A stretch of DNA of 64,000 nucleotides. Origin: Candidatus Eiseniibacteriota bacterium (lineage in GTDB: Bacteria; Eisenbacteria; RBG-16-71-46). Under the pieces are notes generated by a model. That model worked only from the letters and a program-made list of their open reading frames with translations, had not been told where the DNA came from and ran no database searches. Shown here piece after piece: positions 61,484 to 64,000 of the stretch (positions within the stretch are counted from its first letter, which is position 1; each line of letters begins with the position of its first letter). Where the stretch lies: the NCBI GenBank assembly GCA_963725865.1, contig CAVSAC010000014.1, positions 864,001 to 928,000 of the forward strand. Reading direction: 5' to 3'. The position numbers were made by a program, and so were the translations under genes.

Positions 61484-62365
61484 TCAGCCGAAGCGGCCGG
61501 TGATGTAGTCCTCGGTCAGCTTGCGCGAGGGGCGCGTGAACAGCGCGGGGGTGAGCCCGTACTCGACCAGCTCGCCGCTCAGCATGAAGGCCGTGCGATC
61601 CGAGACGCGCGCCGCCTGCTGCATGTTGTGGGTGACGACCACCACGGTATAGCGCGCCCGCAGCTCGAGCACCAGCTCCTCGATGCGGGCGGTCGCGGTG
61701 GGGTCGAGCGCCGACGCCGGCTCGTCCATCAGCAGCACCTCGGGCTCCACCGCCAGGCAACGGGCGATGCACAACCGCTGCTGCTGTCCCCCCGAGAGGG
61801 TGAGCGCCGAGCGCTGGAGGCGGTCCTTGACCTCGTCCCACAGCGCCGCGCGGCGCAGGCTGTCCTCGACCCGCCACTCGATCGCCGCGCGGTCGGTGAC
61901 CCCGAGCATGCGAAGGCCGAACGCCACGTTCTCGGCGATCGCCTTGGGGAACGGGTTGGGCCGCTGGAACACCATGCCGACGCGCCGGCGCAGCTCCACC
62001 ACGTCGGTGCCGGGAGCCAGCGCTTCCTGGCCCGAGACCCGGATCGCGCCTTCGGTGCGCACGCCCGGGATCAGGTCGTTCATACGGTTGAACGCGCGCA
62101 GCAGCGTGCTCTTGCCACAGCCGGACGGGCCGATGATGGCGGTCACGCTGTTCGCCGGGATCGCGAGCGAGATCGACTTCAGCGCCTGGAGCGCGCCGTA
62201 GTAGAGGCTGAACTCCCGCGCCTCGAGCCGCGGAGGGGCGCCCGGCGCCGGCGGCGCCGCGTCGGGGCGGGCGGCGGGCGGCACCGGCGCCGCCAGGCGC
62301 GGGCCGCGCTCGCGATCTCGGGTCTCGTCGGGCACCGTCGTGGCCTCCGGGGAATCGACCGGCAC
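61484..62365 (-). CDS. pstB: Phosphate ABC transporter ATPase
   Basis: [42 protein letters not shown]. Start 62365 or 62335. Confidence 0.96.
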   Translation of the reverse strand: MPVDSPEATTVPDETRDRERGPRLAAPVPPAARPDAAPPAPGAPPRLEAREFSLYYGALQALKSISLAIPANSVTAIIGPSGCGKSTLLRAFNRMNDLIPGVRTEGAIRVSGQEALAPGTDVVELRRRVGMVFQRPNPFPKAIAENVAFGLRMLGVTDRAAIEWRVEDSLRRAALWDEVKDRLQRSALTLSGGQQQRLCIARCLAVEPEVLLMDEPASALDPTATARIEELVLELRARYTVVVVTHNMQQAARVSDRTAFMLSGELVEYGLTPALFTRPSRKLTEDYITGRFG

Positions 62366-62366
62366 G

Positions 62367-63314
62367 TCAGCTCCTGCCAGCGAGCCGCGCACGCAGGCGC
62401 GAGCGGATCAGGATGGCGGTCAGATTGAGAAGGAGCGTGAGCAGCAGCAGCACCAGCACGGTGCCGTAGAGCAGGGGCCGGGTGGCGTCGACGTCGGGGG
62501 ACTGGGTGGCCATCACGAACACGTGGTAGCCCAGCTCCATGAACTGGTCGGTCGGCGAGGTGGGCAGGTAGGGCAGGAAGTACGCGGCGCCGGTGAACAG
62601 GATCGGCGCCACCTCACCCGCTCCGCGCGCCACCGACAGGATGGCGCCGGTGAGGATGCCGGGCAGCGCCTGCGGCAGCAGCACGTGCCACAGCGTCTGC
62701 CAGCGCGAGGCGCCGAGCGCGAGCGCGGCCTCGCGCTGCTCGCGCGGCACGGTGCGCAGCGCCTCCTCGGTGGTCACGATCACGACCGGCAGGTTCAGCA
62801 GCGCGAGCGTCATCGCCGCCCACATCAGGCACGGCTGGCCCCAGACCACGTCGAGCCCGAGCGCGCGGTCCATCCCGCGACCCACGAACTGGACGAAGAA
62901 ACCAAGGCCGAACAATCCGAACACGATGCTCGGCACCCCCGCGAGGTTGTTCACCGCGAAGCGCACCAGTCGCGTGAACCACGCGTCGGCCCGCGCGTAT
63001 TCGTGCAGGTAGAGGGCGGCACCCACGCCGAACGGCACCAGCGCCACCACCATGAGCAGCACCAGTGCGGCGGTGCCGAACAGCGCCGGGAAGATGCCGC
63101 CCTGCGTCATGCCCGCGCGCGGCGCCGCGGTGAGGAACTCCCACGTCACGGTCCGCCAGCCGAACCACAGGATGTTCGCCAGGATCACCGCCACCATCAC
63201 CACGATCAGCAGCGCGGCCAGGCCCGACAGCCCGCTGAGCCCGCGCCCGGCGAGGTCGGCGCGCCGGGCGCGGGGCAGCGGTGCGAGCGCGGGGCGCAGC
63301 GACGCGGTGCTCAT
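62367..63314 (-). CDS. pstA: Phosphate ABC transporter permease PstA
   Basis: [36 protein letters not shown]. Confidence 0.96.
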   Translation of the reverse strand: MSTASLRPALAPLPRARRADLAGRGLSGLSGLAALLIVVMVAVILANILWFGWRTVTWEFLTAAPRAGMTQGGIFPALFGTAALVLLMVVALVPFGVGAALYLHEYARADAWFTRLVRFAVNNLAGVPSIVFGLFGLGFFVQFVGRGMDRALGLDVVWGQPCLMWAAMTLALLNLPVVIVTTEEALRTVPREQREAALALGASRWQTLWHVLLPQALPGILTGAILSVARGAGEVAPILFTGAAYFLPYLPTSPTDQFMELGYHVFVMATQSPDVDATRPLLYGTVLVLLLLTLLLNLTAILIRSRLRARLAGRS

Positions 63315-64000
63315 GCGCCTCCCAGGCTCCTGCGCAGGCGGTCCACGAACAACCCGGCGGCGACGTTGATCACGAACGTGATGGCGAACAGGAGCGCGCC
63401 AAGGAAGAAGAGCACGGAGTAGTGCGCGCTCCCGAACACCACCTCGGCCAGCTCCGCGGCGATGCTGGCCGACAGCGTGCGGACCGAGTCGAAGGGGCTG
63501 CCCGAGACGATGGCCGCGTTGCCCGAGGCCATCAGCACGATCATGGTCTCGCCGACCGCGCGCGCCAGCCCGAGCAGCACGCCCGCCGCCACGCCGGCCG
63601 AGGCTGCGGGCAGCACCACGTGCCACGCCGTCTGCCACGGCGTCGCCCCGAGCGCGAGCGACGCCTCGCGGTAGGACTTCGGCACCGCGCGCAGGGCGTC
63701 CTCGGCGATCGTGAACAGCGTCGGCAGCACGCCGAGCCCGAGCGCGATCCCGGCGACCACGGCATTGAGGCGCGAGGTCGCGCCGGTCACCGACTGCACC
63801 CAGGTCGCGAGCACCATCAGTCCGAAGAAGCCGAGCACCACCGACGGGATCCCCGCCAGCAGCTCGACCGCCGGCTTCAGCGCCTCGCGCACGCGGGGAG
63901 GCGCGAACTCCGACGCGAACAGCGCCGCGAGCACCCCGACCGGAGTGGCGAACAGCATCGCCACCACCACGACCTTGAAGGTCCCGACCAGGAGCGGCAG
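63311..64000 (-). CDS. pstC: Phosphate ABC transporter permease PstC (5' part outside window)
   Basis: ELLAGIPSVVLG, ARAVGETMIVLM..GN, A.E..E, LF..G..LF. Confidence 0.95.
   Translation of the reverse strand: MPLLVGTFKVVVVAMLFATPVGVLAALFASEFAPPRVREALKPAVELLAGIPSVVLGFFGLMVLATWVQSVTGATSRLNAVVAGIALGLGVLPTLFTIAEDALRAVPKSYREASLALGATPWQTAWHVVLPAASAGVAAGVLLGLARAVGETMIVLMASGNAAIVSGSPFDSVRTLSASIAAELAEVVFGSAHYSVLFFLGALLFAITFVINVAAGLFVDRLRRSLGGA

Overview
Very GC-rich, gene-dense chromosomal window from a diderm bacterium. Several secreted proteins carry a FlgD-Ig/T9SS-like C-terminal domain and there are Cys-rich TSP3-OmpA proteins; this pattern suggests Candidatus Eisenbacteria or a related FCB-like lineage (inference only). 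About 52 coding regions, in order: an S8 peptidase; a BNR lipoprotein; a MoxR/permease/DUF58/BatA-vWA operon; OmpA and TlpA; mfd-PPIase-[LytTR/PDZ kinase]-SurA-ftsEX-envC-holB-ricT-sodA-ridA-metG-tatD-HEAT-rsmA; a decayed nucleotidyltransferase toxin-antitoxin-like islet; an OmpR/kinase pair beside a Cys/Met/His-rich repeat protein; two apparently degenerate carbohydrate enzymes; AsmA, eda, an OM barrel, OmpA, an M20 hydrolase, an aspartyl protease, ICMT, ogt, thiL/MFS, a Kelch protein, arfB-like and the pstCAB-phoU operon. I saw no rRNA, tRNA, CRISPR array or intact mobile element. Several genes carry single-base frameshifts that look like consensus errors. The most interesting signals are (1) the exported Cys/Met/His tandem-repeat protein with a neighbouring two-component system and upstream 11-bp-period repeats, (2) four unrelated ORFs sharing one C-terminal sorting-like domain, (3) a PDZ-sensor kinase placed between two periplasmic chaperone genes, (4) widespread leaderless-type promoter geometry, and (5) motif-degenerate FtsE, debranching enzyme and deacetylase. 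All family assignments come from motif recognition by eye; no searches were run.
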